From: a bacterium
Lineage (GTDB): Bacteria > Pseudomonadota > Gammaproteobacteria > Berkiellales > Berkiellaceae
DNA length: 43,287 nucleotides
Direction: 5' to 3'
Assembly: GCA_009927065.1 (NCBI GenBank)
Contig: RFNU01000189.1
Coordinates: 1-43,287, forward strand
The position numbers and the translations under genes were made by a program. Every line of letters starts with the position of its first letter. Position 1 is the first letter of the stretch. Below, in pieces: positions 19,500 to 28,604 of the stretch. The notes beneath the pieces are model-generated. The model made no database searches. It saw nothing but the letters and a program-made list of their open reading frames with translations, and had not been told where the DNA came from.

Positions 19500-20984
19500 A
19501 TGAGCCAATTGAGTCTTTATACATTAATATGGCCTAATTTCTTAGCAGCATTTATGTGCTATTTGGGTTTTAATAAAGTGAATAGATTAATAAGCTTATT
19601 AACTTTATTAGGTTTATGGATTGTTTTTTTTCATATGATAAATAACATGGGAAGCATCTGGCCTTCATTAGCTACAGATCCTTCAGTCTCTTATTGGTAT
19701 GCCGTGGATGGTTTATCGATTCCTATGATATTTCTTAGCTTATTAACCGGATCACTGGTTATTCTGCATGCATCAGTGACTGAGCGCAAGAATCCTGAAC
19801 TTTTTATTGGACATATTTTCTCTTTAATAGGATCCTTAATAGGTTTTTTTGCATCTAATCATATTCTTTTATTTTACATTTTCTTTGAAGCAATGCTTAT
19901 CCCTTTGTTCCTTCTTATCTTAGGTTGGGGAAGTAGTGAGCGGCTTTATGCGGCAAAGAAGTTTTTTATCTATACTTTTGTTGGCTCTATATTCTTAATT
20001 TTTGGATTATTACTATTAGGATCTCAATTGCATCTGCAAGAGGTGCCAAATCCATATTGTATTTCATCTCTCTCTCAGATTAAGCTGTCAGTCAACCAAC
20101 AACATTTCTTAGTATTGTTCTTGTCGGTTGCCTTTTTAATCAAGATGCCTCTTTGGCCTTTGCATTCATGGTTGCCTCATGCGCATACACAAGCGCCTAC
20201 AGGCGGATCTGTCATGTTGGCCTCGGTTTTGTTGAAAGTGGGTGGTTATGGGCTCTTGAGGATTGTTTTGCCTACCGTTCCTGCTGGTTTAGTGTATTTA
20301 AGCCCTCTGTTAGAGATCATGAGCATTATCGCGATTATTTATATAGGGATGATAGCTTTGAGTCAAACCGATACTAAAAAAATGATAGCTTACTCCTCTG
20401 TGGCTCATATGGGGTTTATTTCTTTAGGTTTGTGTATGTTGCTTCAAGCGGCACAGTTACGCAATATTACGCTTTTTAAAATACTTTTCAATGGTATTTA
20501 TATTCAGATGATTTCTCATGGCTTTATTTCTGCAGGGTTGTTTTTTTGTATAGGGATGATTTATGAACGAACTCATTCTCGCGATCTATGGAGTTATGGT
20601 GGATTCGCGCAAATGATGCCTTATATGACGTTTGCTTTCATGTTTTTAGCATTAGCCAATAGCGCAATACCAGGCACATCAGGGTTTGTTGGCGAGTTTT
20701 TAATCAATATTGGCACTTTTTACCTTCAACCAAAGATAGCTATGATAACTACTTTCGCACTAGTTACTAATGCTTGTTATAATTTTTTGTTAGTCAAACA
20801 GTTGTTTTACGGACCTATTCGTAATAAGGAGGGGATGGTTATCACGGACTGTACTCTTGCAGAGAAGTTCATTTTGGGTGTATTGATCACTCTTGTGCTC
20901 ACTTTGGGTTGTTTTCCTTCCTTTTTAACAAATAGGCTTGATGGGATTAGCACTGATTTTTTTACACAATTAACAAAAGCTTAA
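19500..20984 (+). CDS. nuoM: NADH-quinone oxidoreductase subunit M
   Basis: 494 aa. HSWLPHAHTQAPTGGSVMLASVLLKVGGYG. Confidence 0.95.
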   Translation: MSQLSLYTLIWPNFLAAFMCYLGFNKVNRLISLLTLLGLWIVFFHMINNMGSIWPSLATDPSVSYWYAVDGLSIPMIFLSLLTGSLVILHASVTERKNPELFIGHIFSLIGSLIGFFASNHILLFYIFFEAMLIPLFLLILGWGSSERLYAAKKFFIYTFVGSIFLIFGLLLLGSQLHLQEVPNPYCISSLSQIKLSVNQQHFLVLFLSVAFLIKMPLWPLHSWLPHAHTQAPTGGSVMLASVLLKVGGYGLLRIVLPTVPAGLVYLSPLLEIMSIIAIIYIGMIALSQTDTKKMIAYSSVAHMGFISLGLCMLLQAAQLRNITLFKILFNGIYIQMISHGFISAGLFFCIGMIYERTHSRDLWSYGGFAQMMPYMTFAFMFLALANSAIPGTSGFVGEFLINIGTFYLQPKIAMITTFALVTNACYNFLLVKQLFYGPIRNKEGMVITDCTLAEKFILGVLITLVLTLGCFPSFLTNRLDGISTDFFTQLTKA

Positions 20985-20994
20985 GGATCGTAAA

Positions 20995-22278
20995 ATGGAA
21001 CTGTATGCATACGTAAAAGCATTTCCAGAGCAGTCAGTAATCTTAAGCGGGTTGCTTATCATGACTTGTTTGGTTAAAAACAATCCTGAAGATTACCATA
21101 GAAGCTTAAGACTTTATCTCTTAACTTGCACGATAGCATTCCTCAGTGTTTTTTTTAATGAGAAGGATTTTTTTCATAATGAATTTATTATGAAAGGAGA
21201 TTTTTCAGATATGCTCACGCAAACAGCCTATGTTATTGCAATCTGTTGCGGTTTTTTTGTCAAAAAGGATGCTTATAAGCACAAACAAGAAGTGTTGATG
21301 TTGATGTTGATAGCCTTAATAGGCTTTAAAGTCGTTATTGACGCTCAACATTTAATGAGTCTTTTTTTAGGAGTAGAGCTATTATCTTTTCCATTGTATG
21401 CCCTTATTGGTTTATCACCAATGCCCTATTCTACGGAATCTGCACTTAAATACTATTTACAAGGCTCTATGATAAGCGCTTTATTCTTATACGGATGTTC
21501 TTGGTTATATGGAATAACAGCAAGTTTTGATATGCTTCTCTTATTGAGTGCATTTAACTCATCAATATTAAGTTTGCTGAGCGGTATTTTAGTATTAGGA
21601 TTGTTTTTATTTAAACTCGGTTTAATTCCTTTTCATTTTTGGATTTTTGATCTTTATCATCAAGCACAACGCTCATTAATTTTCTTTATTTCTTTAATTC
21701 CAAAATTAGCTTTACTTGTTGTTATTTCAAAGTTTTTGAAATATTCCTCCTTAAATTGGACCCCTGTATTTATAGCAGTCATTCTTGTATCCACTCTTTG
21801 GGGTAATATTGGGGCTTTTAAGCAAGAGTCTATTCAACGCTTGTTAGGATATGCAAGTCTTGCTCAAATAGCCTTTGCTTTAAGTGGGTTATTAATGAAT
21901 TCAACATTCGGGCTTGCGAGCAGTTTAATTTTTATCGTTGTTTATGGCGTTGGATTATTTTTTGTTCTTATTGGTATTCATAAATTTAATTTTAATGATC
22001 CAATACCTCTTTTTAAAATGGATGGGTTAGTTGAGCAAGACAAGTTTGGAGCATGGATGATGACGTTTGGGTTGCTTAGTTTAGCTGGAGTCCCCCCTTT
22101 TCCTGGTTTTTTTAGTAAGATATTAATTATCTATGAGCTTATAAACACACAATTTATTTTACTAGCGGCTTTATTATTAGGAATGAGTATTTTTAGTTGT
22201 GCTTATTATATAGGGTTAATTGCACGGTTACATTATACTGATAGTGCAAAGATGGGCTTGAATAAAATGAGTTTCTAA
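20995..22278 (+). CDS. nuoN: NADH-quinone oxidoreductase subunit N
   Basis: 427 aa polytopic antiporter-like protein, last gene of the cluster, LFLGVELLSFPLYALIG. Confidence 0.9.
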   Translation: MELYAYVKAFPEQSVILSGLLIMTCLVKNNPEDYHRSLRLYLLTCTIAFLSVFFNEKDFFHNEFIMKGDFSDMLTQTAYVIAICCGFFVKKDAYKHKQEVLMLMLIALIGFKVVIDAQHLMSLFLGVELLSFPLYALIGLSPMPYSTESALKYYLQGSMISALFLYGCSWLYGITASFDMLLLLSAFNSSILSLLSGILVLGLFLFKLGLIPFHFWIFDLYHQAQRSLIFFISLIPKLALLVVISKFLKYSSLNWTPVFIAVILVSTLWGNIGAFKQESIQRLLGYASLAQIAFALSGLLMNSTFGLASSLIFIVVYGVGLFFVLIGIHKFNFNDPIPLFKMDGLVEQDKFGAWMMTFGLLSLAGVPPFPGFFSKILIIYELINTQFILLAALLLGMSIFSCAYYIGLIARLHYTDSAKMGLNKMSF

Positions 22279-22338
22279 ATGATGCCTAATCAATCCTGAG
22301 ACAAGAGTAGCTATAATAAGAATTATTAAAAATATCTA

Positions 22339-22366
22339 TTGCATTTTATTTTTGATGTTTTATAAT
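22339..22366 (+). promoter_or_regulatory. sigma70-type promoter for the initiator tRNA (TTGCAT-16 nt-TATAAT)
   Basis: -35 TTGCAT at 22339-22344 and -10 TATAAT at 22361-22366. The tRNA 5' end lies 11 nt downstream of the -10. Confidence 0.6.
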
Positions 22367-22376
22367 AACAATCAGC

Positions 22377-22453
<77 letters not shown>

Positions 22454-22472
22454 ATATTATTATAAAATTTTT

Positions 22473-22497
22473 AAAAGGGGCTTTAAGCCCCTTTTTT
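22473..22497 (+). terminator. rho-independent terminator after tRNA-fMet
   Basis: aaaaggggc-tttaa-gcccctttt is a 9-bp stem with a 5-nt loop, running into a T-tract. Confidence 0.75.
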
Positions 22498-22736
22498 ATT
22501 AACTCAAGATAACAAATTCCTGCACATTTAACATTAGGGGTATCATGGCACTCAGTGCATCGTGATTGTAATGTACAATTATGGACTGAAAAAAATCTTT
22601 ATAGTATAAGTGATTCTAGTGCTATATAAGATTGCAGTGATTTAATAATCAACAAATAGATATCAATACAATAAACATTTTTATTGTGAATCAGATATTG
22701 ATTTAAGTTTAGCAGAGAACACAACCGGAGGGTGTG

Positions 22737-24218
22737 ATGAGCAAGGACAAAGAAATTAAAATAATTATTGATGCCGTTTCTAACGAAAAAGATATTGATA
22801 AAGAAGTTGTTTTTGAAGCGCTGGAAGAAGCTCTTGCCTCCGCTCATCAAAAACATTTAGACGAGCCGAATGCGCAGATTGAAGTTTTGATTGATAGAAA
22901 AACTGGAGAGATTCATACTGCCCGTATTTGGGATGTTGTTGATTCAGAAGACGACATTATGGAGCCCTCTCTTGAAATTAATCTTCACAATGCTTTAGCT
23001 ATTGACCCTCTTTCTGCGGTTGGAAAAAAAATTCGTGAACCTGTAGAAAGTTTGGATCTTGGCCGTATTAGCGCCCAAGTTGCTAAACAAGCTGTATATC
23101 AGAGATTAAAAAATGCTAAAAAAGAAAAACTAGCAGCATTTTATGAAGATCAAACAGGACAGTTAGTGACAGGTACAGTGAAGAAAGCGACAAGAGAAGT
23201 TGTTTTAGTCGATCTTCCTAATGGCGCTGAGGCCGTTCTTCCGCGTCGTGAAATGATTCCTAAAGAAACTTTTCGACTCAATGATCGTGTACGAGCTCTT
23301 ATTAAAGAAGTGGTTTGGGAGAAAAAAGGTCCAGTGATTATGCTTTCACGAGCTCATCCACAGATGTTATCACAGCTCTTTGCCATTGAAGTTCCTGAGA
23401 TAGGTCAAGGAACAATCGAAATACGCGCTATTGCTCGTGATCCAGGTATGCGTGCAAAAGTTGCCGTACAAGCTAAAGATAGCAGAATTGAGCCGAAAGG
23501 TGCTTGTATTGGAATGCGCGGATCACGAATCAACTCGGTCATGGAAGAAGTTGGTGGCGAGCGCATCGATATTATTTTATGGGACGAAAATGATGCCCAG
23601 TTTGTAGTCAATGCTTTAGCGCCGGCAGAAGTTAAATCGATTGTTGTTGATGAAGAAATGAAATTAATGCAAGTTGTTGTTGAGAAAGAAATTCTTTCTC
23701 AAGCTATTGGTCGAAATGGTCAAAATGTAAGATTAGCTTCTGAATTAACAGGCTGGAAAATATCAGTTGTTTCCGAAGAGGAGGCCAGTGAGCTGCAAGA
23801 AGCTGAGACTAATAAAATTCTTGATATCTTTTCGCAAAAAATTGGTCTTGACAAAGAACTCTCAGAAGCCTTGATTGATTCTGGTTTTACTGATCCGCAT
23901 GAGCTCGCTTATGTTGATAGTCAAGAGTTTTTAAATATGGGTTTTGATGAAGAAATTGTCAATTATGTTCGTGAAAAAGCACAAGAATATTTACTTCGCC
24001 CAGAAAAGAAAGTAGTGATTACACAGGATATTAATACCGTTCCAGGTATGACAGTAGAGTGGGTAACTCTTTTTAAAAACAATAACGTTGAAACAACCGA
24101 TGATTTAGCCGAACTTTCAACATCGGATTTATTAGAAATTGTTAACTGCACTGAAGAGGAAGCGGCAGCACTGATTATGGCTGCGCGTTCTCGTTGGTTT
24201 AGTGATGATGCACAGTGA
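22737..24218 (+). CDS. nusA: transcription termination/antitermination factor NusA
   Basis: ATG at 22737, 5 nt after GGAGG. N-terminus MSKDKEIKIIIDAVSNEKDIDKEVVFEALEEALA. S1 and two KH domains, then a C-terminal acidic repeat region. Confidence 0.96.
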   Translation: MSKDKEIKIIIDAVSNEKDIDKEVVFEALEEALASAHQKHLDEPNAQIEVLIDRKTGEIHTARIWDVVDSEDDIMEPSLEINLHNALAIDPLSAVGKKIREPVESLDLGRISAQVAKQAVYQRLKNAKKEKLAAFYEDQTGQLVTGTVKKATREVVLVDLPNGAEAVLPRREMIPKETFRLNDRVRALIKEVVWEKKGPVIMLSRAHPQMLSQLFAIEVPEIGQGTIEIRAIARDPGMRAKVAVQAKDSRIEPKGACIGMRGSRINSVMEEVGGERIDIILWDENDAQFVVNALAPAEVKSIVVDEEMKLMQVVVEKEILSQAIGRNGQNVRLASELTGWKISVVSEEEASELQEAETNKILDIFSQKIGLDKELSEALIDSGFTDPHELAYVDSQEFLNMGFDEEIVNYVREKAQEYLLRPEKKVVITQDINTVPGMTVEWVTLFKNNNVETTDDLAELSTSDLLEIVNCTEEEAAALIMAARSRWFSDDAQ

Positions 24219-24228
24219 GGTGTCTACC

Positions 24229-26748
24229 ATGATTACAGTGAGTGAATTTGCAAAAACTCATAATATTACAACCAAGGATGTGCTTGAATTAGCACGTGAT
24301 CTTGGATTTCCATTAAAAGAATCTACAGATTTGTTATCAGATGATGCAAGAACAAGTCTTATGACATCGCTGAATCAGCATGTAAAACGTTTAGGTTTAA
24401 ATGATATTAAATCTCAAACAGTTTCAAGTGTTATTGGTGGCGATCGTAATGTGATTAAAGTTGTTACAAAACGTCGTGACTTTAAACCATTTGATGTACA
24501 AGCTCTAAAAAACAAAATCCGTACTGAAAAAAAACAAGAAGTAGAAATGGCTGAACCTGTTGAAAACTTGCATGAATCAGAAAAAGTGATTGATGCAGAA
24601 CAAGTTTTTAGCTCAAAGGATACTATTCAAGATGTGCCGGTGCAGCCTTTAATGGATGAAATGCCGTTATTAAGCCTAGAGGGCGCGAACTCTGTCGCCA
24701 CTGAGAGTGTAGAAAACGCGAACCCATCGTCCATAGATTTAGCTAAACCTCAAAAAGTTAATAATGATAAAGCAGTTCTTATTAAAGATGATGAGGATGC
24801 TCGTGCTACAAAATTAAAAAGCAAAAAGAAAAAGCATGTTCAAGGGACAATTGATTCTTCAAAACTTGATAACTCGATGCTTCGTCGTTTTGCTACTCAG
24901 TTTCAAGCAGACGAATTAAATGATGACGATCAGGGAAATAATAATCGAAATAAGCGTGTTAAAAAAGACAAGAAAAATCTTCATAAATTTAATCGTCCAG
25001 TTAAGCCAGTTCAATTAATAGTGCAAGTGCCTGAGCAAATACTCGTTTCCGATCTTGCATTACAGCTCTCAGTAAAATTAATCATTGTTATTAAAGAGCT
25101 CTTAAAACTCGGATTAGTGGCTCAAGGAAATACAATTATTGATCGCGATGTTGCCACACTGGTGATCGAAGAGCTTGGCCATATTGCTCAACCATTAACT
25201 GAAAAAAGCCCAGAAGATATTTTAACGATCTCTTATACTGGCGAACAAAAGTCTCGTTCACCGATAGTCACCATTATGGGGCACGTTGATCATGGTAAAA
25301 CTTCCCTTTTAGATTATATTCGTCGTTCACGTGTTGCTGCGTCTGAAGCTGGAGGCATTACACAACATATAGGCGCATATTCAGTCAAGACTGGTCATGG
25401 GAATGTAACATTTTTGGATACCCCTGGCCATGCCGCTTTTACTGCAATGAGAGCACGTGGCGCGCAATGTACAGATATCGCAGTTATTATTGTGGCTGCG
25501 GATGATGGTGTTATGCCTCAAACTCGTGAAGCGATTGCTCATGCCAAAGCAGCAGGGGTCCCAATCGTTGTTGCTATGAACAAAATTGATAAAGAATCAT
25601 CAGATATTGAACGTATTAAAACCCAAATGGCTCAATTGGATGTTTTGCCTGAAGAATGGGGTGGAGACTCTCCTTTTATCCCTGTTTCGGCAAAAACTGG
25701 TTTTGGAGTCGATCATTTATTGGAGATTCTTTCTTTACAGGCTGAAATTCTTGAACTGAAAGCGCATTATGAAGGGCCAGCTCAAGGAACTATTGTAGAA
25801 TCTTCGCTTTCAAGATTAAGAGGACCAGTAGCAACAGTTTTAGTACAACAAGGTACTCTTAAAGTAGGAGATCTTGTTGTTTGTGGCACAGAATATGGGC
25901 GTATTCGTGCATTATCAGATGACTTAGGAAGTTCTTTAATAGAAGCAACTCCATCTATGCCAGTTGAAATTTTAGGATTATCCGGTGTTGTCGATGCTGG
26001 AGATGCTCTTGTTGTCGTTGAAAATGAAAAGCAAGCTAGAGATATTATAGAGCATCGTCTAGTAGCTCAGCGCCCAGCTCATCAGCCAGCTGTTAGCATG
26101 AGTTTAGAGAACTTTTTCTCCCAAAATCAAAAGAGCAAAGAGCTTTGCGTTATTTTAAAGGCAGATACACATGGTTCAGCTGAAGCCATTGTAGATTCTT
26201 TGAAAAAGATGGCTACTGAAGAAGTGGCCTTAAAAATCATCGCGCAAGGTGTTGGTGGAATTAATGAATCTGATATTATGCTCGCAAAAGCCTCTTCGGC
26301 CATCGTATTAGCATTTAATACTAGAGCTGAACGCACGGCAAAATCAATAGCTGAGCAAGAGCATGTTGCTATTTATTACTTTAGTATTATTTATGAGCTG
26401 CTTGATAAAGTTAAAGCCGCCGTTTATGGTTTAGAAAGTCCTAAATTCCAAGAAGAATTTGTTGGTTTAGCAGAAGTGCGTAGCGTATTTCGATCTTCTC
26501 ATTTAGGAAATATTGCAGGATGTCTTGTAACTGATGGTCATGTTCGCAAAGATTTACCAATTCGTGTATTACGACAAAATGTCGTTATTTATCAAGGTAA
26601 GCTTGAGTCATTGCGTCGTTATAAAGATGATGTGATGGAAGTTCGTGCTGGTACTGATTGCGGTATTGGTATTAAGGATTACAATGATGTGAAAGAGGGT
26701 GACCAGATTGAGGTTTACCGAATGATTGAGTTGCAACGTAAGCATTAA
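24229..26748 (+). CDS. infB: translation initiation factor IF-2
   Basis: ATG at 24229, 8 nt after GAGG, gives the typical [10 protein letters not shown]-terminus. G domain [21 protein letters not shown]. Confidence 0.96.
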   Translation: MITVSEFAKTHNITTKDVLELARDLGFPLKESTDLLSDDARTSLMTSLNQHVKRLGLNDIKSQTVSSVIGGDRNVIKVVTKRRDFKPFDVQALKNKIRTEKKQEVEMAEPVENLHESEKVIDAEQVFSSKDTIQDVPVQPLMDEMPLLSLEGANSVATESVENANPSSIDLAKPQKVNNDKAVLIKDDEDARATKLKSKKKKHVQGTIDSSKLDNSMLRRFATQFQADELNDDDQGNNNRNKRVKKDKKNLHKFNRPVKPVQLIVQVPEQILVSDLALQLSVKLIIVIKELLKLGLVAQGNTIIDRDVATLVIEELGHIAQPLTEKSPEDILTISYTGEQKSRSPIVTIMGHVDHGKTSLLDYIRRSRVAASEAGGITQHIGAYSVKTGHGNVTFLDTPGHAAFTAMRARGAQCTDIAVIIVAADDGVMPQTREAIAHAKAAGVPIVVAMNKIDKESSDIERIKTQMAQLDVLPEEWGGDSPFIPVSAKTGFGVDHLLEILSLQAEILELKAHYEGPAQGTIVESSLSRLRGPVATVLVQQGTLKVGDLVVCGTEYGRIRALSDDLGSSLIEATPSMPVEILGLSGVVDAGDALVVVENEKQARDIIEHRLVAQRPAHQPAVSMSLENFFSQNQKSKELCVILKADTHGSAEAIVDSLKKMATEEVALKIIAQGVGGINESDIMLAKASSAIVLAFNTRAERTAKSIAEQEHVAIYYFSIIYELLDKVKAAVYGLESPKFQEEFVGLAEVRSVFRSSHLGNIAGCLVTDGHVRKDLPIRVLRQNVVIYQGKLESLRRYKDDVMEVRAGTDCGIGIKDYNDVKEGDQIEVYRMIELQRKH

Positions 26749-26759
26749 GGAGATTAAAG

Positions 26760-27140
26760 ATGGCGTCTTATAGAACATTAAAAATAGCTGACTCCATTAA
26801 AAATCATGTCTCAATGATTGTTGATGGTTCTTTAGCCGATCCACGTATTGAAAGTGTAACAATTCTTCATGTAGATTTAGCGCGCGATTTGTCCCATGCA
26901 AAAATTTTATTTACAACACATGATTCTGAACCAAAAGTGATTGAAGCTTTATTGAATAAAGCTTCAGGATTTGTGCGAACTCAATTGGCGCAAGGATTAA
27001 ATTTACGCTATACACCCACACTGAGATTTATTTTTGACAGCAATTTCGCGGAGTTAGAGCGAGTTGAGTTAGTCTTAGAAAAGTTGAGAGCCCAACGAGC
27101 GGCAAATAAGTCATCTGAGAATGAATCTAATGAATCTTGA
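26760..27140 (+). CDS. rbfA: ribosome-binding factor A
   Basis: 126 aa. LRYTPTLRFIFD motif. Conserved infB-rbfA-truB position. Confidence 0.92.
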   Translation: MASYRTLKIADSIKNHVSMIVDGSLADPRIESVTILHVDLARDLSHAKILFTTHDSEPKVIEALLNKASGFVRTQLAQGLNLRYTPTLRFIFDSNFAELERVELVLEKLRAQRAANKSSENESNES

Positions 27141-28083
27141 TGATGTTGTTTTTGCTTTGATAGACAAACCGGAAGGACTCACCTCACAAGAGTGTGTGAG
27201 TAAAATCAAGAAAGCATTGCACTGTTCAAAAGTCGGCCATGGAGGCACTCTTGATCCCTTTGCAACGGGTGCTTTGCCTATTTTTTTCGAATCATGGACG
27301 CGGTTAGCTTCTTTATTTGCATTTGCTGATAAGCGCTACCAAGCAACCTTATCTCTTGGTCAGAAAACAGATACTGGTGATAAAACAGGGACAGTGATAT
27401 CAAAAGGACCTGCTGCTGTGGCAAATCAAGCTAATTGTCGTCTTTTAGAACGATCGCTTATAGGAGACGTAGATTTACCTATACCAATTTATTCTGCATT
27501 AAAAATTGATGGCGTGCCTATGCATCAGTTAGCGCGCAGTGGGAAATTAACCCAGCCAGTAAAACGTAGATCGACAACAATACATGAGCTCTCTTTGGAG
27601 GCAAAAACTGCAGATACTGTTTTGATTGATGTAAAATGTTCTCATGGTACGTATATTCGGTCATTGGGTGAGCATATTGCCTCTAAACTTAAAACACAAG
27701 GACATCTTTCTGTATTAAAACGTACTGCTTATTATCTTAATTCTGCCCAACAAGCATTGCCTCTTGTTGAACTGGGGACATTTTTAGAAAATCCTGAGCC
27801 TTATGTTATTAAACTCCACCAACTAGCTGATATTTTGCCTGTTTATCATCTCAATCGTCAGCATTATAGAGATTTCCTAACAGGGAAAATGCGAAGAATT
27901 CCTTTACGTTATCATGGATGGTATCTCATGCATACTGAAGATCGTATGATAGGCGTTGTTTTCCTTGAAGATGGTCGCATTACTCAAAGAGTTAATGTTC
28001 AAAAAATCAACAATACTACTGAACAAGAAAAATTACCTCACCCGATCTTAGTGCAAAACAATGCTCAATATTTAACCTCTTGA
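27121..28083 (+). CDS. truB: tRNA pseudouridine-55 synthase TruB
   Basis: 320 aa. IDKPEGLTS and catalytic-Asp motif GHGGTLDPFATG. An alternative ATG lies at 27130. Confidence 0.93.
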   Translation: MNLMNLDDVVFALIDKPEGLTSQECVSKIKKALHCSKVGHGGTLDPFATGALPIFFESWTRLASLFAFADKRYQATLSLGQKTDTGDKTGTVISKGPAAVANQANCRLLERSLIGDVDLPIPIYSALKIDGVPMHQLARSGKLTQPVKRRSTTIHELSLEAKTADTVLIDVKCSHGTYIRSLGEHIASKLKTQGHLSVLKRTAYYLNSAQQALPLVELGTFLENPEPYVIKLHQLADILPVYHLNRQHYRDFLTGKMRRIPLRYHGWYLMHTEDRMIGVVFLEDGRITQRVNVQKINNTTEQEKLPHPILVQNNAQYLTS

Positions 28084-28233
28084 TTTATTAATGATGCGCC
28101 ACTGAGTATGACTTGAGGAGGCTATATGATTCTTCATGCGACAACTCTTTTGCGATTCTCTAAAATTAATCGTCTCAGAGTGACAACACCCCGATTATCG
28201 TGAGATAAAAGTGTATTATTATGGAAATTTTGT

Positions 28234-28242
28234 TGTTATAAT
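28234..28242 (+). promoter_or_regulatory. extended -10 promoter element (TGtTATAAT) upstream of rpsO
   Basis: TG at 28234-28235 and TATAAT at 28237-28242, 45 nt upstream of the rpsO ATG. No good -35 is present. Confidence 0.4.
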
Positions 28243-28286
28243 AGCTTTTCAAATTGTAACTTATTTATAAATAGAGGAATACTCCT

Positions 28287-28562
28287 ATGTCAGTTGCTCA
28301 AGTAGCTAAGGCCCAAATAATAGAACAGTATCAATTGTTTGCAGGCGACACTGGCTCATCACCGGTTCAAATCGCATTGTTAACAGCTCGTATTCGTCAT
28401 CTTACAGAGCATTTAAAAAGCCATCGTCATGATTTTCATACTGCTTACGGTTTAAAAAAGCTTGTATCTCAGCGTAAAAAATTAATGAAGTATTTCAAAG
28501 GACGCGAACTTTCAGCGTATCAGCAACTGCTGAAAGCCCTTGAACTGCGTGATATTAAATAA
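28287..28562 (+). CDS. rpsO: 30S ribosomal protein S15
   Basis: 91 aa. GDTGSSPVQIALLTARIRHLTEHLKSHRHDFH...SQRKKLMKY. SD agagga upstream. Confidence 0.97.
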   Translation: MSVAQVAKAQIIEQYQLFAGDTGSSPVQIALLTARIRHLTEHLKSHRHDFHTAYGLKKLVSQRKKLMKYFKGRELSAYQQLLKALELRDIK

Positions 28563-28604
28563 GATCATTTTTGGCATTCACTCTAGATTCTTAAGGACAA
28601 TAAC

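Noticed and set aside
22599-22856. 85-aa minus-strand ORF overlapping the nusA start
   Set aside because: It overlaps the nusA N-terminus and promoter region. It is an AT-rich, low-complexity translation with no motif.
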